Positions 32,321 through 39,696 of a DNA stretch of 41,029 bases are shown one piece after another (the first letter of the stretch is position 1; each line of letters starts with the position of its first letter). This DNA is from a virus, in the IMG/VR virus record IMGVR_UViG_3300045988_017677; one strand, written 5' to 3'. Under the pieces are notes generated by a model that saw nothing but the letters and a program-made list of their open reading frames with translations, did not search any database and had not been told where the DNA came from. Made by a program: the position numbers and the translations under genes.

Positions 32321-32342
32321 GACCCAGAAAGGAGGTGAAAAT

Positions 32343-32639
32343 ATGGATTTGTTTACTGCCCTTGCGGTAACCATCCCAAGCACATTGTCCCTTGTTACAT
32401 CGCTCATTTACGCAGTGATTGCAATTAAGAAAGCGAAAGAGCCGCCAAGAGACGAAGTATGGGAAACCGCTCTGCGTTTGATGTGCTCAAAGGATGACTG
32501 CTACTCGTCCGCCGATGATTTCGCAAGCCTTTACTTGCAGCTGAAATTTTTCAAAGACCAGCCGGAAAAGATGAAGGGCTTTACGACCATCGAACAGGCG
32601 ATGGAAGCTATCAATACCGCTTCTCGCCCGCAGGAGTGA
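32343..32639 (+). CDS. Small membrane-anchored protein in the lysogeny region (superinfection-exclusion candidate)
   Basis: 98 aa from the ATG at 32343 with SD AAAGGAGGTG. The N-terminal TM is ALAVTIPSTLSLVTSLIYAVIAI. It is divergent from the cro-like gene. Confidence 0.6.
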   Translation: MDLFTALAVTIPSTLSLVTSLIYAVIAIKKAKEPPRDEVWETALRLMCSKDDCYSSADDFASLYLQLKFFKDQPEKMKGFTTIEQAMEAINTASRPQE

Positions 32640-32781
32640 TGGTAAGAAGAAATTTCCCAACATTCACCATCTGCGCGGACATTGCCGCAATCGCTTCGCC
32701 ATCTTCGCGCCCCTCTAAAGATTGCTTGGAAAGTAGACGCAACTGCTTTTCAAGCAATTCCTTCATTTCGAGGTAGTTCAA
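32611..32781 (-). CDS. Small hypothetical protein
   Basis: 56 aa if it starts at the TTG at 32781, 6 nt after SD GGAGGTG. The track start is TTG at 32817, and ATG at 32766 is another option. Confidence 0.4.
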   Translation of the reverse strand: MNYLEMKELLEKQLRLLSKQSLEGREDGEAIAAMSAQMVNVGKFLLTITPAGEKRY

Positions 32782-32928
32782 AATTTTCACCTCCAACTTA
32801 TAATAAAAACTTGACAAATTGGAGCATTAGTGCTACTCTAAGTTTTGCTACAAACATTGATATGCGCCAGCTCGATTTGTCGGGGTGGTCAGGTCTTTTA
32901 TTGCCTGTCCACGGGTTCTATTGTACCC

Positions 32929-32985
32929 GAAGTTAGGGCAAAAGTCAACCGAAATTAGGACATAAACTTGCACGAATTTAGGGTA
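32929..32985 (+). promoter_or_regulatory. Three phased direct repeats (candidate operators) upstream of the XRE regulator
   Basis: GAAGTTAGGGCA (32929-32940), GAAATTAGGACA (32951-32962) and GAATTTAGGGTA (32974-32985). Their spacing is 22 and 23 nt. Confidence 0.5.
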
Positions 32986-32993
32986 CTATTTTT

Positions 32994-33350
32994 ATGGGAT
33001 TTACCAAAAACTTTAATTATTGCATGGAGCAGTACGGATACTCCGCTTACCGTTTTGCAAAGATAATAGGCGCAAACAACCAAAGCGTTGTTAATTGGCT
33101 GTATGGTTCAAATGTTCCCCATCCCAAAACCAGGCAGAAGATTGCTGACCATTTCGGTATTACGCTTGCCAAGCTGGACGGGGACGAATTGCCAACATTG
33201 CCGGAAAAGAGCGCAAAAAAAGCCCCCGGCATAAATGCCGAGGGATTGAGCGCAGCACGGAAAGCGTTGCTTGATGCAGTTGATGGCTTGACCGATGAGC
33301 AATGCGAGAAGCTATTGGGCATTGTACTGGAAGCTAAGAGGGTGCTGTAA
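32994..33350 (+). CDS. XRE-family HTH regulator (CI-like candidate, no peptidase domain)
   Basis: 118 aa. HTH segment YRFAKIIGANNQSVVNWLYG. The SD is weak or absent. Confidence 0.75.
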   Translation: MGFTKNFNYCMEQYGYSAYRFAKIIGANNQSVVNWLYGSNVPHPKTRQKIADHFGITLAKLDGDELPTLPEKSAKKAPGINAEGLSAARKALLDAVDGLTDEQCEKLLGIVLEAKRVL

Positions 33351-33362
33351 TGCCGTATGCGA

Positions 33363-33656
33363 TTACACCTGCCATTGCGGTTGCTTCATTGCTTGGTTAG
33401 CTACCGACCAACTGACGGTAAGGTCTTTTTCGTAGTCGCTGCACGGATTGTTTTTGCCGCAGCCTACAATATAATAGTCCCCCCAAATAGACCGCCGATA
33501 AACAACATGGCTGCAATCCGCACACGCAAGGCTTTTGCACTGTGGAAGCCCGGCGGATTCAATAAATGCGGACACACGAGTTTTACTTTTTTCTTCGTAC
33601 AGTTCGGTTTCCAGTCTCCTAATTTCATCCTTTAACTGCTTCCTTGTCTTGAACAT
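33363..33656 (-). CDS. Hypothetical protein
   Basis: 97 aa, with SD AAGGAGG 7 nt upstream of the ATG at 33656. Confidence 0.55.
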   Translation of the reverse strand: MFKTRKQLKDEIRRLETELYEEKSKTRVSAFIESAGLPQCKSLACADCSHVVYRRSIWGDYYIVGCGKNNPCSDYEKDLTVSWSVANQAMKQPQWQV

Positions 33657-33777
33657 CCTGCAACCTCCTTAAAACATATTCAGCCTGGCGGTCTGTCAGC
33701 GTCGTGATTTCCGCTTTCAACCGTTCCCGTACAGATGTTTGATTCATTATATCACATTCGTTAAAAAAAGTCATCAT
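33625..33777 (-). CDS. Small hypothetical protein
   Basis: 50 aa from the ATG at 33777, with SD GGAGG 8 nt upstream. The track ORF starts at an upstream GTG. Confidence 0.45.
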   Translation of the reverse strand: MMTFFNECDIMNQTSVRERLKAEITTLTDRQAEYVLRRLQDVQDKEAVKG

Positions 33778-33826
33778 TTGTATGGCCTCCGTTAAAGTGT
33801 TTTCATCTATACCCCCAAACACGGCG

Positions 33827-33852
33827 TTTGTTGCACACTTTTGTGCAACAAA
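33827..33852. promoter_or_regulatory. Perfect 11-bp inverted repeat (operator candidate) in the divergent lysogeny intergenic region
   Basis: TTTGTTGCACA-cttt-TGTGCAACAAA. Confidence 0.55.
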
Positions 33853-34075
33853 ATCGTAGAAAATAGAAATTTTGTTCTAACCCTCCCCATCCCCGCACCG
33901 GACAGGGAGGGTTTTGCCCACGAATCGCCTATCGGCTTATCGTTTGCACAGCCACCATATCAAAAATCAAAAACAAATCGGGCGGTGCAATCCCGAAAAA
34001 AGGCAATATCCCCAAATTTGGGGTTTGCAAAATAATGCGGGCTATGCCCGAAAAAGGGGAAGAAGGCAATTAAAC

Positions 34076-34657
34076 ATGGAGAAATCGTTGCAGGACACTT
34101 GTCGGGACGCAAAACTGGAACAGCACATCACGGCGCAGGAGATAGCAGACCAATCCGGTGTGCCTTTGTCCAGCGTCAACAACTTTTTCGCGTCTACATC
34201 TAAAGCACCGGGCGTGTATGCGGCTGGCCCCATCTGCAAGGTGCTGGGGGTGTCTATGGACCGTTACTTTGGCATTGTAGAGGTTGTTTTGGCGCAAGAC
34301 CAAATCAAGCAGCTCCAGCAAGTCCATGACGAGGATGTGCGCCTTGCACGGATAGAGGGCGCATACGATGAGCTGTCTAAATCAGCAGAGGAGCAGAAGA
34401 GAAAAGCAAGGCGGCAGCGCACGATGCTGTATATCACATCGCTGCTGTCCGCTATCCTGCTGGGTATAGTTACATGGTATGTGGCGCTTGATTACCATGT
34501 GCAGGACGAAGGCCTAATCCGATCCAGGACAGCCGGTACGATTGCATGGATTGTCATTGCGCTTTTGGCGTTGGGTATCGGCGTACTTACATCCGTGCTA
34601 TTGTCCACTCTTGCGGCGGGCAAAAAATCCAAACAAGACGAGGAAGCAGAAAAATGA
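34076..34657 (+). CDS. Membrane-anchored XRE-type HTH regulator (HTH, coiled coil, 2 TM)
   Basis: 193 aa from the ATG at 34076. HTH segment ITAQEIADQSGVPLSSVNNFF. A charged helix follows, then two TMs (LYITSLLSAILLGIVTWYVAL and IAWIVIALLALGIGVLTSVLLSTL). The stop overlaps the int start (ATGA). Confidence 0.7.
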   Translation: MEKSLQDTCRDAKLEQHITAQEIADQSGVPLSSVNNFFASTSKAPGVYAAGPICKVLGVSMDRYFGIVEVVLAQDQIKQLQQVHDEDVRLARIEGAYDELSKSAEEQKRKARRQRTMLYITSLLSAILLGIVTWYVALDYHVQDEGLIRSRTAGTIAWIVIALLALGIGVLTSVLLSTLAAGKKSKQDEEAEK

Positions 34658-35748
34658 GCAACTGCATTAAATGCGGAACAACTCTTGTCCCCGGCGCTGT
34701 ATATTGCCATCTCTGTGGAAAAAAACAGGTAACAGAGCGGCGAAAAGCATTGAAGCGGGCAAACGGCACCGGAACTGTATACAAACTGGCTGGGCGTAGA
34801 AAATCGCCTTGGGTGGCAGCAAAAAACAAAGTGATTATCGGGCATTATGAGCGCAAAACGGGCGCTCTGGACGCTTTGGAGCGGTTGAACGGCAAGAGCT
34901 TAACGGAGCGGTATAATATGACCTTTGCAGAAGTCTTTGATGTGTGGAAAGAGGAGCATTACAAGGAGATCGGCAAGCAGGGGGTAGAATCATATAACAA
35001 CGCCTACCGCATATTTACGCCGTTGCACGGGAAAAAGTTTCGCGATCTCCGCACCGCAGACTTTCAGGCCGTACTTGACCCGCACATGGCCAAAAGCCAT
35101 TCCACCGTGAACAAGTACAAGCAGCTCATAACGCAGATGTCGAACTGGGCAATCCGGGAAGAAATATGCACGACAAATTTTGCAAAATTTGTGCGATTGC
35201 CGGAGAATGTCAAAAAAGAAAAGGACATCTTCACGGAGGAAGATATCCGTAAATTGGAATCCGATAACAGCGATTCGGCAAAAATTGTCTTGATGCTGCT
35301 GGCAACGGGTATGCGTATCGGGGAACTGTTCTCTTTGCCGCTGGCTGACTGCCACGGCGATTATGTGATTGGCGGCGAAAAAACCGAAGCCGGCAGAAAC
35401 CGAATTATCCCCATTCGACCGGAGGGGAAACAATACTTTGCCTACTTTGCGAAGCGAGCAACGGGGGAGCTGCTGTTATCCGGCTACGATGGGCAAAAAG
35501 TCCCGGCAAACTTCCGCAGGCGAGATTTTTACCCACTCCTTGACCGACTGGGCATAGAGCGCAAGACCCCACACGCCACACGCCACACATACGCATCCCG
35601 GGCGGTAAAAGAGGGATTGCCCCCAGAAATGCTGCAAAAAATACTCGGGCACGCCGATTATTCCACCACCGCAAACATATATACGCACATCGACGCGCAG
35701 ACACTTGTGGATGCGGTTACTAACACGTTACTAACAAATAAAAAATAA
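34654..35748 (+). CDS. int: Tyrosine integrase with N-terminal zinc-ribbon
   Basis: 364 aa. Motifs: CIKCGTTLVPGAVYCHLCG, then ATGMRIGEL, HATRHTYAS and LGHADYSTTANIYTH. Confidence 0.95.
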   Translation: MSNCIKCGTTLVPGAVYCHLCGKKQVTERRKALKRANGTGTVYKLAGRRKSPWVAAKNKVIIGHYERKTGALDALERLNGKSLTERYNMTFAEVFDVWKEEHYKEIGKQGVESYNNAYRIFTPLHGKKFRDLRTADFQAVLDPHMAKSHSTVNKYKQLITQMSNWAIREEICTTNFAKFVRLPENVKKEKDIFTEEDIRKLESDNSDSAKIVLMLLATGMRIGELFSLPLADCHGDYVIGGEKTEAGRNRIIPIRPEGKQYFAYFAKRATGELLLSGYDGQKVPANFRRRDFYPLLDRLGIERKTPHATRHTYASRAVKEGLPPEMLQKILGHADYSTTANIYTHIDAQTLVDAVTNTLLTNKK

Positions 35749-35760
35749 GCAAAATAGAAA

Positions 35761-35794
35761 AGCCTTGAAACCGTTGAGTTTCAAGGCTTTTTTT
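35761..35794 (+). terminator. Rho-independent terminator of int
   Basis: Stem agccttgaaa (35761-35770) pairs with tttcaaggct (35779-35788), followed by tttttt. Confidence 0.8.
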
Positions 35795-35840
35795 GGTGCC
35801 CCGTCGGGGATTCGAACCCCGGACACCCTGCTTAAAAGGC
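35794..35840 (-). mobile_element. attP core: 3' 47 nt of a tRNA-Lys(UUU) gene
   Basis: The minus strand reads GC-CTTTTAA-GCAGG-GTGTC-CGGGG-TTCGAAT-CCCCG-ACGGGGC-A-CCA. This covers the anticodon loop through the CCA end. The 5' half of the tRNA is absent. It lies immediately downstream of int. Confidence 0.75.
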
Positions 35841-35969
35841 GTAAGCCAGTTCGAAATACGCAGTATATTGTTGCAATAAATCGGTATAGCACTGTGTTTA
35901 CTGGTGTTTTCCTTGTGAAAATGTTACGCTATACTGTGCCGTATCGTTTGGGTTACTATCAAATTACTA

Positions 35970-36284
35970 TCATTTTCCCAACTTGCGCATGACGCTATTA
36001 TACACGCGCTCATTGATAATCTTTAGGCTGTCCATAAGCTCATCCATGACAGCCCAAGCCTTATCATTGTCTGTGGCGGAAACGGCTCGTAAAAACTCAC
36101 TGTCTCCGTAAATTTCAACAGGGGCAGGCGCGGCGGAGTACATAGCCGGAGCATGATTTGCTGTTTCTTTGCCCTGCTGGTTCAGCACCGTGTATAATAC
36201 AGCCAGCTTTTCGTAATTTGACCAGCTTGATTCTTCTGTTTCAAGCCGCGCAATCCATTTTTTGATCTCGCGATCGTCTACCAA
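35970..36284 (-). CDS. Hypothetical protein (cargo block)
   Basis: About 104 aa if it starts at the TTG at 36284, 7 nt after GGGGGTG. The track start is TTG at 36323. The start is uncertain. Confidence 0.5.
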   Translation of the reverse strand: MVDDREIKKWIARLETEESSWSNYEKLAVLYTVLNQQGKETANHAPAMYSAAPAPVEIYGDSEFLRAVSATDNDKAWAVMDELMDSLKIINERVYNSVMRKLGK

Positions 36285-36298
36285 GGGGACGCACCCCC

Positions 36299-36691
36299 TT
36301 AGATCTCCACAGCGTCCATGCAACGCTGGATAGCCTTGCGGATGCTTTCGTCATCGGCGTTGTTCAACATCTCCTGCAACTGGCGCTTCATATCGTCCCG
36401 GGCACCGTCCCGGGAATAATGGCCGCGGACATAATGGGTGTCCCGGCGGGCATAAGAGCTGCCTTTACCATAGGTTCCGCGCATGTCCGCCTCCCAGTCA
36501 CCGTCCCGGGAATATCGGCGCTGGGAATAACCGTCGTCCTCCATCATCTCGATCTTGTCGATGTTCTTGATGGTGTCGGTCAGCTTGTGCGCGATCTCAA
36601 GGTCGCCCGCGCCCAGGTCGCCCTTGCGCGCCAGCTCGTCGAGTTCGTCGCACAGCATATTGCGAAGCTCATACATTGCTTTCTTACTCAT
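36299..36691 (-). CDS. Hypothetical charged R/D/Y/S-rich protein (cargo block)
   Basis: 130 aa from the ATG at 36691 with SD AAAGGAGAA. The central low-complexity segment is GYSQRRYSRDGDWEADMRGTYGKGSSYARRDTHYVRGHYSRDG. Confidence 0.6.
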   Translation of the reverse strand: MSKKAMYELRNMLCDELDELARKGDLGAGDLEIAHKLTDTIKNIDKIEMMEDDGYSQRRYSRDGDWEADMRGTYGKGSSYARRDTHYVRGHYSRDGARDDMKRQLQEMLNNADDESIRKAIQRCMDAVEI

Positions 36692-36704
36692 GTCCATTCT
36701 CCTT

Positions 36705-37127
36705 TCACGCGATTCTCTCAACCGTCAGGTTCGAGTTGGCGAAGTTGACGGCCTGAGTGCTGGTGTTTTCCATTGCGACCGTCAGGCAGCAGCCTTTCGG
36801 GACGCAGACCTGTGCGGAAACATAAATGTTAAAGTAGTTTTCTACCGCCGCAGGCGTGACAATAGCTGTTGCACTGGTCAACGGCTCTCCATTGATGGCA
36901 AGCGCCGCCGTGATGGCCTCGACCGTGCCTCCGGTGGGAATAGCGATGTTGCCGCCATAGGAGACCCTAAACAGGGCGCGGTTTTGATTGGTGATGCCGC
37001 GCAGCGTGACAATGCCGGCGCCCTGGCGATGCACGATACACGGCTTGCTATTGACCGCCGTTTCGGTCAAGGGAACGTTCTGGCCTGCGGCTACGCTCAC
37101 AATATTCGCGTTTGTGTACTCTGCCAA
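36705..37127 (-). CDS. BclA-C-terminal-domain / C1q-TNF-like jelly-roll protein (tentative)
   Basis: 140 aa with a TTG start after AAAGGA. The pattern NVPLTETAV...GIVTLRG...FRVSYGGNIAIP...LAINGEPL...NSNLTVERIA parallels the BclA CTD as I recall it. Confidence 0.5.
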   Translation of the reverse strand: MAEYTNANIVSVAAGQNVPLTETAVNSKPCIVHRQGAGIVTLRGITNQNRALFRVSYGGNIAIPTGGTVEAITAALAINGEPLTSATAIVTPAAVENYFNIYVSAQVCVPKGCCLTVAMENTSTQAVNFANSNLTVERIA

Positions 37128-37165
37128 AATAATCAGTCCTTTCTAAAGTGGTCGAAATCGACCAT

Positions 37166-37200
37166 GTTAAAATACAGCGGCGAGGCAATAGCCCCGCCGC
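37166..37200 (-). terminator. Rho-independent terminator after the Gly/Cys-rich membrane protein gene
   Basis: On the minus strand, stem GCGGCGGGGC / GCCTCGCCGC (one mismatch) with loop TATT, followed by TGTATTTTAA. Confidence 0.6.
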
Positions 37201-37281
37201 GTTGTTGTCAGTATCGGCACGGGGCCGACCATCTCGGTAACGTCACCGATATGGTGACCGAGAAGCTATGCTATGCAGTTG

Positions 37282-38013
37282 TCAGCAGCCGCAACCCTGA
37301 TTGCAACCGCAGCCGCCGTAACCGCTGCCCGCCCACGGGTTACAGGTAATGTAGGCAGGAGAAGGGCACGGACGCAACTGCGAGATCAGATAGTTGTTCT
37401 GCGCGGCCTGAGATGCGGCCAGCTTCAAGCCCTGATTCTCGCTCTGGAGATCCTGCAGCTTGCTCTGCGTCAGGAAGTCGAGGATCGCGCGGCTGTTGCT
37501 GTTGGCGTTGTCGATGATGTCGCGCGTCGCGTTCTGCACAGTGTTGCGCGTGTCACACGCCTGCGCCGCCATGTCGTAGCGCACGCCCTCGATGCTGCGC
37601 TGGGTGTTACAGCAACATTCAGCGGCCTGCATCTGCATGGCGTTGAGCTGCTGCATCAGCGCGGCCTGCTGGTTGCTGCGGGACAGCTCGGCCTGCGCAA
37701 AGCCGTTTGCCATCGCCATATTGGTGCCGTTGACAAGCTGCGCTTGCTGGTAAAACCCGTTGCAAAGGCCGTCGTTCACACTGTCGATTTTGCGCTCGAT
37801 GTTGGAGAAGTCGGACGCCAGCACATAGCCGTCGACCACGCCGCCGGAATTGCCAGCGTTGTTGCCCCAGCCGTTGCCGCCCCAGCCGCAGAACGCGAAC
37901 AGGAACAGAACGATAAGCCACCACGCGCCGTCACCGCCAAACCCAAAGCCACCGCTATTGGTAGGCTGCACCGGCATCGTCATCATGGGAGCGCCGCCAT
38001 CGGAAAGAGACAT
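37282..38013 (-). CDS. Gly-rich, single-TM, Q/N-rich helical protein with Cys-rich C-terminus
   Basis: 243 aa. Segments: GGFGFGGDGAWWLIVLFLFAFCGWGGNGWGNNAGNSGG, then a Q/N/A-rich helical region with AAECCCN, and a C-terminus ending GSGYGGCGCNQGCGC. Confidence 0.65.
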   Translation of the reverse strand: MSLSDGGAPMMTMPVQPTNSGGFGFGGDGAWWLIVLFLFAFCGWGGNGWGNNAGNSGGVVDGYVLASDFSNIERKIDSVNDGLCNGFYQQAQLVNGTNMAMANGFAQAELSRSNQQAALMQQLNAMQMQAAECCCNTQRSIEGVRYDMAAQACDTRNTVQNATRDIIDNANSNSRAILDFLTQSKLQDLQSENQGLKLAASQAAQNNYLISQLRPCPSPAYITCNPWAGSGYGGCGCNQGCGC

Positions 38014-38067
38014 AGTATCACTCCTTTTACAAAATTTTAATTTATCAAATCGTGGCCACGATGTTGA

Positions 38068-38268
38068 TTACTGCATTAAACTCTGAAACTGCTTCGCCAT
38101 CTGCTGAAGCTGGTTGAGCTGCTGCTGGTTCAATTTGCCGCTCTGCAAAAGCTTTTCAACCTCTGCTTTTGGGTCGCCTTGGAAATTCGCCTTGAACTGC
38201 TTGAACTGCTGCACCATCTGCATAAAGCTGTTGCCGCCGCCCATTGCACCGAAAAACGGATTATTCAT
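38068..38268 (-). CDS. Small Q-rich hypothetical protein
   Basis: 66 aa with the segment NQQQLNQLQQMAKQFQSLMQ. It overlaps the upstream gene by 8 nt. Confidence 0.55.
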   Translation of the reverse strand: MNNPFFGAMGGGNSFMQMVQQFKQFKANFQGDPKAEVEKLLQSGKLNQQQLNQLQQMAKQFQSLMQ

Positions 38269-38686
38269 CGCTCTTTTCCTCCTTGCGCTTCTTGCCCTTC
38301 ATTTCGCTCACAAGCGCCGCCAGCGCGTCAAACTCCTTGCGAGTGACAAATTCCACGCCCTTTTCCTGCGGAGCTGTACGGGGTGCTTCTGCGCGCTCTA
38401 CAAGGTCGTAAATCTTGAGCGTCGGCCTGCCACTTGCATCTGCTTGCTTGAGATAGACGGTAGGCGCGGTACTATCCCATAAGGTAACCGCCGCGTTAGG
38501 CGCTATCATCCAATTCCGAGCCTCCTGCTCGCCGCTTACCCATTGCACCCCGCCCTGTGCGATTGGATTTTGTGGGGCCTGTGGCGTCTGCATCATAGGC
38601 ATTTGCTGCTGCCGCATTTGCATGAGGTTGTCCGGCATAGGCTGCGGGTAATAAGGGTTTTGGTAGCCGTAAGGGGTAAAAGCCAT
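38261..38686 (-). CDS. Hypothetical protein with P/Q/M-rich N-terminus
   Basis: 141 aa with SD GAAAGGATGG. The N-terminus YGYQNPYYPQPMPDNLMQMRQQQMPMMQTPQAPQNP is followed by a globular-looking core GGVQWVSGEQEARNWMIAPNAAVTLWDS. Confidence 0.6.
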   Translation of the reverse strand: MAFTPYGYQNPYYPQPMPDNLMQMRQQQMPMMQTPQAPQNPIAQGGVQWVSGEQEARNWMIAPNAAVTLWDSTAPTVYLKQADASGRPTLKIYDLVERAEAPRTAPQEKGVEFVTRKEFDALAALVSEMKGKKRKEEKSDE

Positions 38687-38688
38687 AA

Positions 38689-39072
38689 TTATTCCATCCT
38701 TTCCGTTGTCCAGTAATATAAGGGCACTTCGCCGCCCGAATTCCAGGAATCAAAAATTACGCCATCCTGTACGCAGACCACATGCCCGGATAAAGCAAGG
38801 ATATAAGTCCCTTTTGGGTGCTCCTCCGCAAACCGCGCCACCGTGTAGCAATCGGGGCATGTGTCCGGGATAATATGCCGCCGATATCCGATACTGCGCA
38901 AGTAAGCCCCCCAACAGGCGTTAGCGTTTGGTAAATCTCCGACCAAGTAGCCCTGCATGCACAGCCGGAGGTAAACCTCGCCCCAATCCTTTCCCGTGGC
39001 CTTACAGATCGCACGGACAGTGCAATCTGACACGTTTTTCCCGCAGGGATTTGGATTAAAATATTTATACAT
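38689..39072 (-). CDS. Putative papain-like cysteine peptidase (Cys...His...Asp)
   Basis: 127 aa from the ATG at 39072 (MYKYFNPNPCGKNVSDCTVRAI...LSGHVVCVQDGVIFDSW). An alternative start is ATG at 39111. Confidence 0.5.
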   Translation of the reverse strand: MYKYFNPNPCGKNVSDCTVRAICKATGKDWGEVYLRLCMQGYLVGDLPNANACWGAYLRSIGYRRHIIPDTCPDCYTVARFAEEHPKGTYILALSGHVVCVQDGVIFDSWNSGGEVPLYYWTTERME

Positions 39073-39205
39073 GATCGCAATCCCTATATAGGCTTTCAGC
39101 AATTTCCACATACGCTAAAAGCCCCCTGGGATCGTCTGCGTACAAGATGCAAATATCCTGCGCCATTTGCGCGGTAAACCCGCATTTGATTAATCGCTCG
39201 TACAT
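39065..39205 (-). CDS. Small hypothetical protein (46 aa, below the track cutoff)
   Basis: Hand translation gives MYERLIKCGFTAQMAQDICILYADDPRGLLAYVEIAESLYRDCDHV. SD AAGGAGG lies 7 nt upstream. The stop overlaps the next start by 8 nt. Confidence 0.4.
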   Translation of the reverse strand: MYERLIKCGFTAQMAQDICILYADDPRGLLAYVEIAESLYRDCDHV

Positions 39206-39229
39206 ATTCCAGCCTCCTTGCCTCTATAA

Positions 39230-39262
39230 TAAAAAAAATCCGGGCAGATAAACTGCCCGGAT
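39230..39262 (-). terminator. Rho-independent terminator after the RHH gene
   Basis: On the minus strand, stem ATCCGGGCAG / CTGCCCGGAT with a 5-nt loop, followed by TTTTTTTT. Confidence 0.8.
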
Positions 39263-39283
39263 TCTGCCTGGATTCTGCAATGA

Positions 39284-39424
39284 TTAATCTTCTTTTTTTA
39301 TTGCCTCTTTAATTAGTTTCTCGATGTAGTTCGAGACGCTGCGGCCATCCGCTTCGGCGGCGGCCTGCAGTTGGGATTTGAGATCCGGTGTGATCCGGAT
39401 TACGAGACGATCGGTTTTTGCCAT
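39284..39424 (-). CDS. CopG/ParD-type ribbon-helix-helix protein (46 aa)
   Basis: MAKTDRLVIRITPDLKSQLQAAAEADGRSVSNYIEKLIKEAIKKED. The start lies 1 nt after the stop of the acidic gene. The longer track ORF is an out-of-context hydrophobic extension. Confidence 0.65.
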   Translation of the reverse strand: MAKTDRLVIRITPDLKSQLQAAAEADGRSVSNYIEKLIKEAIKKED

Positions 39425-39425
39425 A

Positions 39426-39638
39426 TCAAAAATCCTCACCAGAGACATACTCAGCAACACAAATAGGATCAGAAGTGGGATTACCATTTGCGTCATAACC
39501 ACCATCAATTTCAGCGATACGCTCATAGCCCCACTGCTTAGCCATTGCAACAGCCTCATTCCAATCAAAACTACCGGTGCCCCAATCATTATCGCCGACG
39601 TCTTGCTGCACTGCATACCAATTCTTATTTTCACTCAT
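39426..39638 (-). CDS. Highly acidic W-rich small protein (70 aa)
   Basis: SD GAAAGGAG is present. The protein has 14 D/E versus 3 K/R. The N-terminus is MSENKNWYAVQQDVGDNDWGTGSFDWNEAV. Confidence 0.65.
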   Translation of the reverse strand: MSENKNWYAVQQDVGDNDWGTGSFDWNEAVAMAKQWGYERIAEIDGGYDANGNPTSDPICVAEYVSGEDF

Positions 39639-39696
39639 TTTTACTTGCTCCTTTCAATTCAAAACTTGGCCTGTCCGTTATCTTTACTGTGGTTAC

